Origin: an uncultured Opitutia bacterium
GTDB lineage: Bacteria; Verrucomicrobiota; Verrucomicrobiia; Opitutales; Opitutaceae
Length of the DNA: 64,000 nt
Assembly: GCA_903827245.1 (NCBI GenBank)
Contig: CAIKHO010000021.1
Location: 90,144 to 154,143, forward strand
Reading direction: 5' to 3'
Both the position numbers and the translations under genes were made by a program. The notes beneath the pieces are model-generated. The model was given only the letters and a program-made list of their open reading frames with translations, did not search any database and was not told the origin of the DNA. Positions 8,634 to 17,802 of this stretch are shown here, piece by piece. Within the stretch, counting starts at the first letter, position 1. Each line of letters opens with the position of its first letter.

Positions 8634-9836
8634 TCAGACGGCGGCCCGCAGGAAAACGTGAAAGGTCGTGCCGGTCCCGACCGTGGACTCCACGTTGATC
8701 TGGCCGCCGTGTTTTTTGATGATGGAGTAGACGGTGGCGAGGCCGAGGCCGGTTCCGGTGGCTTTCGTCGTGAAGAAGGGGTCAAAGATTTTGGCCAGGC
8801 TCCCGGGCGGGATCCCCGGGCCATTGTCGATGATCCTCGCGTGCACCAGACGCAGGCCGGCCGGGAGCGTCGATTGCCCCGGGCCCGAGACTAGGTTTTC
8901 GGCCGCGACCAGCAGGGTGCCCCGCCCGTCCATCGCCTGCACGGCATTGAGCGCGAGGTTGTTGAAGACCTGGCCGAGCTGGCCTTCGTCGGCTTCGACC
9001 GGCCACAGGTCGGAAGCGACATCCTCGCTGGCGCTGACTTGCGTCGCACCGTGCAGGGCAAACACGAGCGACTCGCGGAGAATGGCCGCAAGTTCCACCC
9101 GCTTCATTTCCGGCTCGCCGCCCTTGGCGAAGGTCAGGAGCTGGTGGGTGAGATCCTTGGCCCGCCAGGCCGCCCGTTCGACCTCGCCCAGCCGGGTAGC
9201 CTCCGGCGCAGGCAGCTGTCCATTGAGCTGCACGAGGGTAATATTGCCCATGATTACGGTCAGCAGGTTGGCAAAATCGTGCGCGATGCCGCCGGCGAGG
9301 AGCCCAAGCGATTCGAGCCGGTCGGCACGCTCGCGTTCCGCGGCCCGGTTGCGCTCCTGCGTGATGTCGCGAAACACCCCGAAGATGCCGACGGGCCGGC
9401 CCTCGTCGTCCCGGATGATATCGGCGCGCACGAATGCCGGGATGTTGCGGCCATCCTTGGTCTTGATGTCGGTCTCGCCGGACCAGGAACGACCCGCGCG
9501 AACGCTGGCGTGAATCGTGGCGGCCACGGCTTTGTCCGCAAACAGCGCCGCCGGTTCGTCGACGGCGTTGAGCTCGTCGACCGTATAACCGAAAAGCGCG
9601 ACGTGGGCCTGGTTGTGGTAAACCGAATTTGCCTCCATGTCGCCGATCCCGATCGCGTCGGAGGCGCTTTCGACGGCCTGGCTGATGCGATTGAGCGTAA
9701 GATTGCTCTGGCTAAGCTGCCCCACGGCCCGGGCATGGGCGCGGCGCGCCCGATCGCGAGACCGCTGCACGGCCAGCACTCGGGCCAGCAAGCCCGACGC
9801 AAGGACCCAAGGCAGAAGCAACCAGAACCAATGCAT
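8634..9836 (-). CDS. PAS sensor histidine kinase (no cognate response regulator nearby)
   Basis: ORF 8634..9836(-). N-terminal TM, PAS region, H-box HDFANLLTVIMGN, ATPase boxes NLALNAVQA / DNGPGI / GTGLGLATV. Confidence 0.9.
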   Translation of the reverse strand: MHWFWLLLPWVLASGLLARVLAVQRSRDRARRAHARAVGQLSQSNLTLNRISQAVESASDAIGIGDMEANSVYHNQAHVALFGYTVDELNAVDEPAALFADKAVAATIHASVRAGRSWSGETDIKTKDGRNIPAFVRADIIRDDEGRPVGIFGVFRDITQERNRAAERERADRLESLGLLAGGIAHDFANLLTVIMGNITLVQLNGQLPAPEATRLGEVERAAWRAKDLTHQLLTFAKGGEPEMKRVELAAILRESLVFALHGATQVSASEDVASDLWPVEADEGQLGQVFNNLALNAVQAMDGRGTLLVAAENLVSGPGQSTLPAGLRLVHARIIDNGPGIPPGSLAKIFDPFFTTKATGTGLGLATVYSIIKKHGGQINVESTVGTGTTFHVFLRAAV

Positions 9837-10145
9837 GCGGGCTTTAACAAGTGGCGGTGCCTAAAATCCGCAAGGAAGGTAACTACTTAATGCGAATCGC
9901 CTTTGGCTTTTACGCTTTCCAAGGGAGCGCTCATATCAACAGGCGGCCGCCGACCTCCCGCCGTCGCTCAAGCTAAGGCGGGCTGCAATGGCTTCGCGAG
10001 GGCGCTGTAGCCTTGGCGAAGGCGGCCGGGCGGCAGCCACCTGTGCCTCCTGGCCAGCAAGCAAAAGGGCAAAACCTACCGGATATTGATATCAGGGAGT
10101 CTTTAGCGCCCTCGCTGTCCACCCGCCCGGGCCCCGGCCGGGTCG

Positions 10146-10727
10146 CTACCCGGCCAGCCCGCGCCGGATCATGTTCACGGCGATCGCGGCCAGCAGCAGC
10201 GCGATGATCTTGGAGACGGCGCGCAGGCCGGTCGGGCCGATTAGCTGGCCGAGCCGCTCGCTGAAGGCAAAGGCGAGCACCACGAGCATGAGGTTGGCCG
10301 CCAGCGCGACGAGGGCCACCGTGACACCCACGGTCTGGGCGATCAGCAGTAGGGTGGTGATCGTCGCCGGTCCGGCGATCAACGGCATGCCGAGCGGCAC
10401 CACGCCGAAATCGTCGCTGAGCGCCTGGGGCTCCGGGGTGGAACGCTGCAGCACCTCGCGGGCGGCCAGGATGAAAAGCAGGAGGCCGCCCGCCACCTCG
10501 AAGTCGTTTACCGTGATGCCGAGGGCCGTGAAGATGGTCTGGCCGAGGAAAAGAAACAGCAGGGACACGGCGCCGGCCGTCCAGGCCGCCTGGCGAGCAA
10601 TGTGTCGGCGCGCTTCCGCGGACACGCCCCGGCTGAGCGCGAGGAAGATGGCCACCAGGCCGATCGGATCGATGGCGACAAACAGCGGAATGAAGGCCCG
10701 CAGGAATTTCTCGGCCAAGTCGCTCAT
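10146..10727 (-). CDS. MarC family (UPF0056) integral membrane protein
   Basis: ORF 10146..10781(-) trimmed to MSDLAEKFLRAFIPLFVAIDPIG. Confidence 0.8.
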   Translation of the reverse strand: MSDLAEKFLRAFIPLFVAIDPIGLVAIFLALSRGVSAEARRHIARQAAWTAGAVSLLFLFLGQTIFTALGITVNDFEVAGGLLLFILAAREVLQRSTPEPQALSDDFGVVPLGMPLIAGPATITTLLLIAQTVGVTVALVALAANLMLVVLAFAFSERLGQLIGPTGLRAVSKIIALLLAAIAVNMIRRGLAG

Positions 10728-10942
10728 CGGGCGAGCCTGAACGGAGCCCCGGCGAAGGCAACTGCGGCCAAGGCGGAGCACGTTGGCCCCAACATGCTGA
10801 AAATTTCAGTCGGCGTTTGATCGTCAGTGGAGCAATCCAATGAGTTGGGATCGACGCATTCCACCTCGAATCGCCCGCTGCGCAGCCGGCGTTTCGCCCT
10901 TGTTTCACCGCGCGGGAGCCGGCAAGGTGCGCGGGAATTTCC

Positions 10943-12355
10943 ATGAAGATCAATGCCGCCCTGACCCCGGCCAAGCTGCAAAGGAAAGTCGCCCGCGTGT
11001 TCGACCTCGCTGGCCGGAAGATCCGCGCCGTCGACGCGGCGTGGGATCCCGCCAAGGGGACCCCGGTGTTCACGGTAAAGGGGCGGTACACCTCGCGCGG
11101 CTGGACGGAGTGGACGCAGGGGTTCCAGTTCGGCATGGCGTTCCTGCACTTCGATGCGACCGGGGACGAGGCGATGTTGCGCCTCGGCCGCGAGAAGACC
11201 GTGAAGCTCATGGCGTCGCACGTCTCGCACACCGGCGTGCACGACCACGGCTTCAACAACATCTCCACCTACGGCAATCTCCGCCGCCTCATGTTCGAGG
11301 GGAAGATTCCGTACAACCAGGACGAGCTCAACTTCACCGAGATCGCGCTGAAGGTTTCGGGTGCCGTCCAGGCCGCGCGCTACGTGCCCACCGCCAACCG
11401 CCAGCCGTGGTCCCCGGTGGCGGGCGCACCGGGTGTGGCGCCGAGCGGTTACGTCTATTCCTTCAACGGCCCGCAGTCGCTTTTCGCCGACACCATCCGC
11501 TCCATGCGCTCGCTTGTGGTCGCACACCAGCTCGGCCACGCGTTGATGGGCGAGGGGGACAAGCCCGTGAACCTCCTCCACCGCGCGATCGAGCACGCCG
11601 CGACCACCGCCCGGTACAATGTGTTCTTCGGCCAGGGCCGGGACAGCTACGATGTGCGCGGGCGCGTCGCCCATGAATCGATCTTCAACCGCAACGACGG
11701 CCAGTTCCGCTGTCCGTCCTCGCAGCAGGGGTATTCGCCCTTCACGACCTGGACGCGCGGCGCCGCGTGGATCATCTGCGGTTATGCCGAGCAGCTCGAG
11801 TTCCTCGACACCGTGAAAGGGGCCGAGCTCGACGCGGTCGGCGGTCGCCGGGCCGTGACAAATCTCCTGCTGGAAACGGCGCGGGCCGCGAGCGACTACT
11901 ACATCGACGGTTATTCGGCGAAGGACGGCGTGCCCTACTGGGACAGCTCCGCGCTCAACACGCACAAGCTCGGTGACTTCACCAAGCGGCCGGCTGATCC
12001 CTTCAACGCCTTCGAGCCGGTGGACAGCTCCGCCGCCGCAATCGCCGCGCAGGGCTTCATCCGCCTGGGACTCTGGCTCGACGGCAAGGGACAGAAGGCG
12101 GCTGGCAAAAAATATCTTCAAGCCGGCCTCACTATCGCCGACACGCTGTTCGCCGAACCGTACCTCTCGACCGATCCGAAGCATCAGGGCCTGCTGCTCC
12201 ACTCGGTCTATCACCGCCCGAACGGCTGGGATTACGTGCCAAAGGGCCGGCAGGTGCCCTGCGGCGAGTCCTCGATGTGGGGCGATTACCACGGGCTGGA
12301 ACTCGCGTTGCTCATTGAGCGACTGGCGCAGGGGGAGTACTACACGTTTTTCTGA
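10943..12355 (+). CDS. Glycoside hydrolase family 88-like (unsaturated glucuronyl hydrolase fold)
   Basis: ORF 10943..12355(+). Blocks WTEWTQGFQFG, VHDHGFNN, TTWTRGAAWIICGY, GVPYWDS, DSSAAAIAAQG, SMWGDYHGLELALLIERL parallel Bacillus UGL as I remember it. Confidence 0.75.
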   Translation: MKINAALTPAKLQRKVARVFDLAGRKIRAVDAAWDPAKGTPVFTVKGRYTSRGWTEWTQGFQFGMAFLHFDATGDEAMLRLGREKTVKLMASHVSHTGVHDHGFNNISTYGNLRRLMFEGKIPYNQDELNFTEIALKVSGAVQAARYVPTANRQPWSPVAGAPGVAPSGYVYSFNGPQSLFADTIRSMRSLVVAHQLGHALMGEGDKPVNLLHRAIEHAATTARYNVFFGQGRDSYDVRGRVAHESIFNRNDGQFRCPSSQQGYSPFTTWTRGAAWIICGYAEQLEFLDTVKGAELDAVGGRRAVTNLLLETARAASDYYIDGYSAKDGVPYWDSSALNTHKLGDFTKRPADPFNAFEPVDSSAAAIAAQGFIRLGLWLDGKGQKAAGKKYLQAGLTIADTLFAEPYLSTDPKHQGLLLHSVYHRPNGWDYVPKGRQVPCGESSMWGDYHGLELALLIERLAQGEYYTFF

Positions 12356-12380
12356 GCCTAGGAAGCGATTTGCAAACGTT

Positions 12381-12465
12381 GGGGTGGTAACCTCCCGGCC
12401 AGCCCTGCGAAGTCTTTGCGAAGACGGGTCACCGTAAGACGCGACGGGAACGTCGCATCCCCACC
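12381..12465 (+). repeat. Family D multi-hairpin element, copy D1
   Basis: GGGGTGGTAACCTCCCGGCCAGCCCTGCGAAGTCTTTGCGAAGACGGGTCACCGTAAGACGCGACGGGAACGTCGCATCCCCACC. Confidence 0.85.
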
Positions 12466-12485
12466 CGGGAGGCAGTGAACATCGA

Positions 12486-13397
12486 TCAGAGCAAATCGTG
12501 CAGTGCCGCCCGCAGTTCGTTGAAGCGGAATTGGAAGTCCTGCTCCAAGAACCGCCGGGGCACGGCGCGCCGGCCGCCGAGCGCGAGGTCGGCGTCGGTG
12601 CGCATGAGCCAGCGGGCGCCGAGCCGGACCATGAACGCCGGCACCGGTGGACTCCAGGGCCGGCCTGTGGCGCGGCGCAGCTCGCGCATGAACTCGGCGT
12701 TCGTCGCGGGTACGGGCGCAGTGGCATTGTAGGTGCCGGCAATTTCCGGGCGCTCGATCGCTGCGATGAACATTTCGGTAAGGTCGGTCATGTGCACCCA
12801 GCTGATGTACTGCCGGCCGTTGCCCACCGTTCCGCCGAGAAACGACCGCGCCAGCGCCGCCAGCGGCTGCAGGGCGCCGCCACTGCGGCCGAGCGCGAAG
12901 CCCACGCGCAGCACGACCCGGCGGACTCCGGGCGTCTGCGCCTCAGCGAATGCCGCCTCCCACTGCCGGCAGACATCGGCGGCAAAATCGTTGCCCGGCG
13001 GCGTGTTCTCGTCGCAGACGCGGTCCCCGGCGTCGCCGTAAATGCCGACCGCTCCCGCCTGCACCAGCACGCCGGGCGGGCGGGCGCAGCGGGCGACGGC
13101 CGCGTCGATGGCACGGACGGAGTCGAGCCGCGATGAAAGGATCTCGCGGTGGTTTTCGGGCGTGGAGAGGCAGTTCACGCTGCGCCCGGCCAGGTTCACC
13201 ACGGCGGTCGCGCCCTCCAGGCTCGTGGCCCAGTTGCCCGGATTTACTCCGTCCCAAGGCAGATGGTTGATCCGGCCGCCGCCGGCCGGCGGCGTGCGCG
13301 AAAGAATGGTCACGGCATAATCCCGGTGCACCAGTTCCTCCGCCAGTGCCCGCCCGATGAAGCCACTGCCGCCAGCCAGCACCACGTGTTTCGCCAT
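12486..13397 (-). CDS. YfcH/TIGR01777-type NAD-dependent epimerase (SDR fold plus DUF1731)
   Basis: ORF 12486..13433(-) trimmed to MAKHVVLAGGSGFIGRAL. Confidence 0.8.
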   Translation of the reverse strand: MAKHVVLAGGSGFIGRALAEELVHRDYAVTILSRTPPAGGGRINHLPWDGVNPGNWATSLEGATAVVNLAGRSVNCLSTPENHREILSSRLDSVRAIDAAVARCARPPGVLVQAGAVGIYGDAGDRVCDENTPPGNDFAADVCRQWEAAFAEAQTPGVRRVVLRVGFALGRSGGALQPLAALARSFLGGTVGNGRQYISWVHMTDLTEMFIAAIERPEIAGTYNATAPVPATNAEFMRELRRATGRPWSPPVPAFMVRLGARWLMRTDADLALGGRRAVPRRFLEQDFQFRFNELRAALHDLL

Positions 13398-13479
13398 GAT
13401 CCGGCATCCTCGCACGCGATGGCGGGGGCGCAAACCTCGACATGGGAAATAATCCCCGTTTCTTCAGGCCGGCACCGGC

Positions 13480-14583
13480 ATGTCCCACTCCCGCATCAAT
13501 CTCTACGATTTCACGCGCGAAGCCCTGCGCCAGCAGCTCGTGCGCTGGGGTTTCAACGGCATGCATGTCAGGAGACTGTGGGCCTACCTCTACCTGGAGC
13601 TGAAGGACTCGTTTGACGACATGCCCGACCTGCCCGCGAAAGTGCGGGCCCGTCTCACGGCCGGGGCCAGGCTGGGACTGCTGCCCACCGCACTGGAAAC
13701 GGATTCGAGCGACGGCTTCACGCGGAAATACCTCCTGGCCCTGGCGGATGGCGAGCGCATCGAGACCGTGCTGATGCGCTACTCGGGCCGTGTGACCGCC
13801 TGCGTGAGCAGCCAGGTCGGCTGCGCGATGGGCTGCGTCTTCTGCGCCACGGGCCAGATGGGCTACACCCGCCACCTCACCCCGGGTGAGATCGTGGCGC
13901 AGGCCGTTCACGTGGCGCGGGCATTGCGCGAACCCAGGACTACCGTTGGGACTTGTCACCTATTAGGTGACAAGTCGCCTGGATCGGATGCAGGTGTCCG
14001 TCTGCGCAACATCGTGCTCATGGGCATGGGCGAGCCGCTGCATAATTACGACGCGGTGATGCAGGCGGTCGACATCCTGCGCGATCCCGGTGGCCTCGCC
14101 CTCGGGTCGGAGCGCATCACGCTCAGCACGGTCGGCGTCGTGCCGGGCATCCTGCGGCTGGCCGGCGAGAAGCGGCCGCTGCACCTTGCGGTTTCATTGC
14201 ATGCGGCCACGCAGGCGGAACGGGTCGCGCTGGTACCGGCGGCGAAGAAATGGCCGCTCGACGAACTCATCGCCGCCTGCCGGACGTACAGCGAGCGCAC
14301 CGGCCGCCGGATTTTCTACGAGTGGACGCTGATCGAGGGAAAAAACGACTCGCCCGAACATGCTTACGCGGTCGGCCGGCTGCTGCGCGGGCTTCCCGCG
14401 CAGGTGAACCTCATCCCGCTCAATCCGACCGCCGGCTACGCGGGCGCGCCCACGCGCAGCGAGGCCGCGAAACGGTTCCAGAAAATCCTCGCGGATGAAT
14501 TCAAGCTGCCGAGCACCGTGCGCCAGCGCCGGGGCATCGATATCGCCGCGGGCTGCGGGCAGCTGGCGGTGGCGGAAGCTTGA
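13480..14583 (+). CDS. rlmN: Radical SAM 23S rRNA/tRNA adenine-C2 methyltransferase
   Basis: ORF 13480..14583(+). CVSSQVGCAMGCVFCATGQMG radical-SAM cluster motif, MGMGEPLHN, CGQL C-terminus. Confidence 0.93.
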   Translation: MSHSRINLYDFTREALRQQLVRWGFNGMHVRRLWAYLYLELKDSFDDMPDLPAKVRARLTAGARLGLLPTALETDSSDGFTRKYLLALADGERIETVLMRYSGRVTACVSSQVGCAMGCVFCATGQMGYTRHLTPGEIVAQAVHVARALREPRTTVGTCHLLGDKSPGSDAGVRLRNIVLMGMGEPLHNYDAVMQAVDILRDPGGLALGSERITLSTVGVVPGILRLAGEKRPLHLAVSLHAATQAERVALVPAAKKWPLDELIAACRTYSERTGRRIFYEWTLIEGKNDSPEHAYAVGRLLRGLPAQVNLIPLNPTAGYAGAPTRSEAAKRFQKILADEFKLPSTVRQRRGIDIAAGCGQLAVAEA

Positions 14584-14623
14584 ATGGGTCGCGAGAGGTT
14601 GCGGGGCAGGCTCCTGCATGCCG

Positions 14624-14698
14624 GGTGTAGGGGCGTTCCTTGCGGACGCCCTCCGGAAGCGGCCAAGCCAGGGTGTCGTCAAGCAACACCCCTACAGC
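14624..14698. repeat. Element E: nested hairpin (GTGTAGGGGCGT..ACGCCC ... CCCCTACA)
   Basis: Outer stem TGTAGGGG/CCCCTACA and inner stem GGGCGT/ACGCCC. The right arm contains the TAG stop codon of CDS 14692..16074. Single copy in the window. Confidence 0.5.
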
Positions 14699-16074
14699 CC
14701 GAGCACCTGCCGGACCTGCGCGACCAGCGGGTGGGAGGAGAAACGCACGTCCGGCAGTGCGGGCTCAACGCCGAGGCCCTTGGCGCGGGCGCGCAGGGTC
14801 AGCCACGCCAGCGACGCCGCCGGGCGGACCATGACGAGCGGCGCAGTCGATTCAAACACCGGTCCAAGCGGGGCGAGCTGGGCCGTCGGCAGCAGTTTTT
14901 TATCGGAGAGAAAGAGCGACAGCGAGGCGCCCAGCGTGTCCAGCCAGGTGCGCGGCTCGGAGGTCGGGACATACGGGAGGCCGCTTTTTTCCGGCGACCA
15001 CTCCATGAACTGGCTGATTTCCTGGTGCAGCTGGGCCAGTGCGGCGTCGGCCGTGGACGGGGTCCAGCGGGCGGTGAAGGTCTTGCGCTCGCGGAATTTT
15101 TTCACCTCGAACACGCGCATCAGCAGCTCGAAGTCACCCGCGTGGTGCTGCAGCGCGCCGGTGAAGATATAGTCGAGGCCGTCGGTGGCGGAGTCGACCA
15201 GCTGCTGGAGGTTGGCGGTCGACCACTCGGTGTTGAACACGACGTACGACTTGCCGTGGGCGGGATCGTCGAGCAGGCCAATGGCGGCGATGGGCGCGTA
15301 GTGGGGTGAAAAATAAAAGGCCTCGGCGAGCCAGAGCGGGATGCCCCGCGACAGCCGCCCGAGTTCGTCCTCGGGCTGGCGCATGGCCGCATCGACATCG
15401 CGGTAGGCGCCCGGCAGGGCGAGCTGGGCGAAGGCCACGCGGCGCAGCCGGCCTTCCTTCGGCGGCAGCAACTCGGCGGCCATGGGCTCGAGTCCGTAGA
15501 ACCAGATCGGCTTGCTGATGCTCACGAGGGCGACCTTCGGTACCTCCGCGGTGGTCTCGTCGCTGAGCGTTTCGCGGGGAGCCGACGGCGCTGCCATCAG
15601 GTCGGCGATGGCGTTGGAAAAGCCGTACAGGCGCTCCTCGAGCTCGGGCCGGTTGAGCTCGAACAGGAGATCGAGCACATGCTGCGCGGCACCTGCCTGG
15701 CGCAGGGCCAGGTAGGCCTGCAAGAGGTTCAGGCCGGTCGCCGGGCCATGGCGCCGGGCATCGTAGCGCGGGGCGACGAGCTCGATGATCGGCAGGAGAT
15801 GGCCGCTGGAGCCGAGATCGCCCGAGATGGTCACGAGGACGTCCGCGCGGTCGCCGGCCGCGGCGAGCACCTCCTCATAGATGGCCATGGCGCCGGGTAA
15901 ATCCCGGACCTCGAGTTTGCCGCGCGCCTCCGCCAGCCGCGGCATGACACCGCCAGCGGCGGCCGGAGCGACGAGTGTGGCTTCCGGTACTGGGGCCGGT
16001 GCGGGTGGACTCTTTGCTTCCGGCGTGGCCGCCAGTCCCGGCTTCTTTCCAGTCAATCGGTCGAGAAATCCCAT
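14692..16074 (-). CDS. Hypothetical protein, 460 aa, no domain recognised
   Basis: ORF 14692..16074(-). Long ORF with a non-repetitive, balanced composition, and no competing ORF that has recognisable motifs. Confidence 0.6.
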   Translation of the reverse strand: MGFLDRLTGKKPGLAATPEAKSPPAPAPVPEATLVAPAAAGGVMPRLAEARGKLEVRDLPGAMAIYEEVLAAAGDRADVLVTISGDLGSSGHLLPIIELVAPRYDARRHGPATGLNLLQAYLALRQAGAAQHVLDLLFELNRPELEERLYGFSNAIADLMAAPSAPRETLSDETTAEVPKVALVSISKPIWFYGLEPMAAELLPPKEGRLRRVAFAQLALPGAYRDVDAAMRQPEDELGRLSRGIPLWLAEAFYFSPHYAPIAAIGLLDDPAHGKSYVVFNTEWSTANLQQLVDSATDGLDYIFTGALQHHAGDFELLMRVFEVKKFRERKTFTARWTPSTADAALAQLHQEISQFMEWSPEKSGLPYVPTSEPRTWLDTLGASLSLFLSDKKLLPTAQLAPLGPVFESTAPLVMVRPAASLAWLTLRARAKGLGVEPALPDVRFSSHPLVAQVRQVLGL

Positions 16075-16226
16075 GCCACGAACAAAGCGGCGGACCCAGT
16101 CGTGGCGAAACTATATTTGCCCGCGGCGCATGGCAAAATGGACGGTCGCGACCGCGGTGCGGCCGGCGAGATGGGTGCGGGAGAATTCCGTCGGAGCGCA
16201 AAGCTCCGCCCGCTGTTTCGGAATTT

Positions 16227-16300
16227 CACAGGAGGGAAGCCGAGGGCGATCCGGGATCGGACGAGCGAATCCTTGGATCGTCCTCGGCTCCCCTCCTGTG
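16227..16300. repeat. Family K long hairpin, copy K1
   Basis: CACAGGAGGGAAGCCGAGGGCGATCC / GGATCGTCCTCGGCTCCCCTCCTGTG. 26-bp stem, 2 mismatches, 22-nt loop. Confidence 0.8.
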
Positions 16301-16311
16301 AAAAACCGGCT

Positions 16312-16357
16312 CGAATGGCTTCAATTGGAGCAGCGACCTCCCGGTCGCTGTCCGCAT
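16312..16357. repeat. Family C element, left-half fragment C2
   Basis: GAATGGCTTCAATTGGAGCAGCGACCTCCCGGTCGCTGTCCGCATG matches the left core of C3. Confidence 0.7.
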
Positions 16358-16585
16358 GAAGGGCAGGGACGGATGGCCATTCGTCCGCGTCAGGATTCGA
16401 TCAGTCGGGCGACGCGATCTATGGGCCCGGCCGCACATGCATCGAGCCGCCGCCGCCCGGAGGTCGGCGGCCACCTTTCGGATTTTTTAGCCCTACACGC
16501 TGAACGATGGGGGGGCTTTATACCCCGGCCGGGTGAGGAAAAATTTCGTTGGGGCACAAAGCCCCATACAAAGCCCACCGCCAGC

Positions 16586-17533
16586 TCACAGACGGGGTGG
16601 AGGAAGTTTTTCCGGCGTGACTCCGGTGCGAAGGGCGACCAAGGCGCAGACCTTGGGGACATACATGCGGGTCTCGGCGGGCAGGCTTGGCGCCGCGCCG
16701 GCGAAATCACTCGCGCCACGCGAGGCAAGCGTGCGGCTCACGCGGCCTTCGCCGGCATTGTAGGCCGCGAGGGTCAGCGGCCAGTTGCCGAACCTCGTGT
16801 ATAGCGTGCGCAAATAGCGTGCGGCGGCGTGGGCGGATTTTTCCGGATCGGTGCGGTCGTCGGGCAGCACGGTGCCGAGGCCCAGGTCGTGCGCGGTGTC
16901 GGGCATGAATTGAAACAAGCCCCGGGCCCCGGCGGGGCTGCGCGCCGTGGGGTTCAAGGAGGATTCCGCCTCGGCCAGCCACGCCAGTTCGGGTGGCACC
17001 CCCTCGGCCGCGAAGGCCGTCTGCAGCCGGGGCATCAGTGCCGCGGCCCCGGCGGGCACCGGACGGCCGCGCACGCGGGCCAGCCACAGGTCGTAGTGGG
17101 GAATCGCGGTCTGGGAGATGCGAACCGCGGACTGGCCGGGCATGGTCGCCTTGGGGGGCGCCGCGGCCTCCTGTGCACCCTGAATCTCGTCGAGGCGTTG
17201 CTCCAGCCAGTCGGCGTAGTCCTCGTAACCCGGCAGGGCGCGCAGGGCGGTGAGCGCGGTGCGGACTTCGGGCTCATAGGCTGCGAGTTCCTCCAGCGAA
17301 TTGTTATCCAGGGCGTGCTGGAGCCGGGTGCCAAACGTGTCCCACTGCTCCTTGGTCGGAAACGCCAGCTGCGCCTTGATTTCCGGCGGGGCAAATTGTT
17401 CGAAGGCCTGCTGGCCGAGCCGGAAGAGTTGGTCGGTGTCCGGCGGTGGAGCGGGCGCCTCCGCGCCCGCCGCGAGGGAGCAGCCGGCCAGCCCGATGAT
17501 CCATCGCGTGCGCATGACTGCGAACCATGCCAT
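16586..17533 (-). CDS. Lytic transglycosylase (SLT domain), secreted
   Basis: ORF 16586..17623(-). GARGLFQFMPDTA and AAYNAGEGRV are SLT motifs. Start uncertain (17533 MAWFAV, or 17515 MRTRWIIGLAGC). Confidence 0.8.
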   Translation of the reverse strand: MAWFAVMRTRWIIGLAGCSLAAGAEAPAPPPDTDQLFRLGQQAFEQFAPPEIKAQLAFPTKEQWDTFGTRLQHALDNNSLEELAAYEPEVRTALTALRALPGYEDYADWLEQRLDEIQGAQEAAAPPKATMPGQSAVRISQTAIPHYDLWLARVRGRPVPAGAAALMPRLQTAFAAEGVPPELAWLAEAESSLNPTARSPAGARGLFQFMPDTAHDLGLGTVLPDDRTDPEKSAHAAARYLRTLYTRFGNWPLTLAAYNAGEGRVSRTLASRGASDFAGAAPSLPAETRMYVPKVCALVALRTGVTPEKLPPPRL

Positions 17534-17633
17534 GATCCGGGCAAACGGCAACGGCGGGCCTTGTCGGGTCCAGTCCGGTCTCCAGCCGACTGCATGGATC
17601 CGGCCAGGGAGATCCGGTTTCATCGGCGATCCG

Positions 17634-17714
17634 AATCAATCGTTCTCATTTTCGTAATCGTTCCTCGTTCTCGGATTGGCCTTCGGGGGGAGAACGAAGA
17701 ACGAGAACGATAAG
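17634..17714. repeat. Family A hairpin, copy A3
   Basis: AATCAATCGTTCTCATTTTCGTAATCGTTCCTCGTTCTC ... GAGAACGAAGAACGAGAACGATAAG. Confidence 0.85.
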
Positions 17715-17802
17715 ACCCGACGGAGGTGAAATTAGGGGACGATCGGACCCCGATCCGCGTTGACCCTCCTGCCGCAGCGGGTAGCTAGAACCCTTCCCAA
17801 GC

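Noticed and set aside
12381-12465. Family D element as a tRNA or tRNA-like gene, because of the 7-bp closing stem and about 85-nt length
   Set aside because: The internal arms do not give a cloverleaf. The would-be T arm has a 4-nt GGAA loop instead of the 7-nt T-loop, and there are no D-loop or anticodon-arm equivalents. The second copy is equally diverged everywhere.
10724-12742. 672-aa minus-strand ORF
   Set aside because: It is antisense to the GH88-like gene, whose conserved blocks are clear. It also reads through repeat D1 and the MarC start region, and no motifs were recognised.
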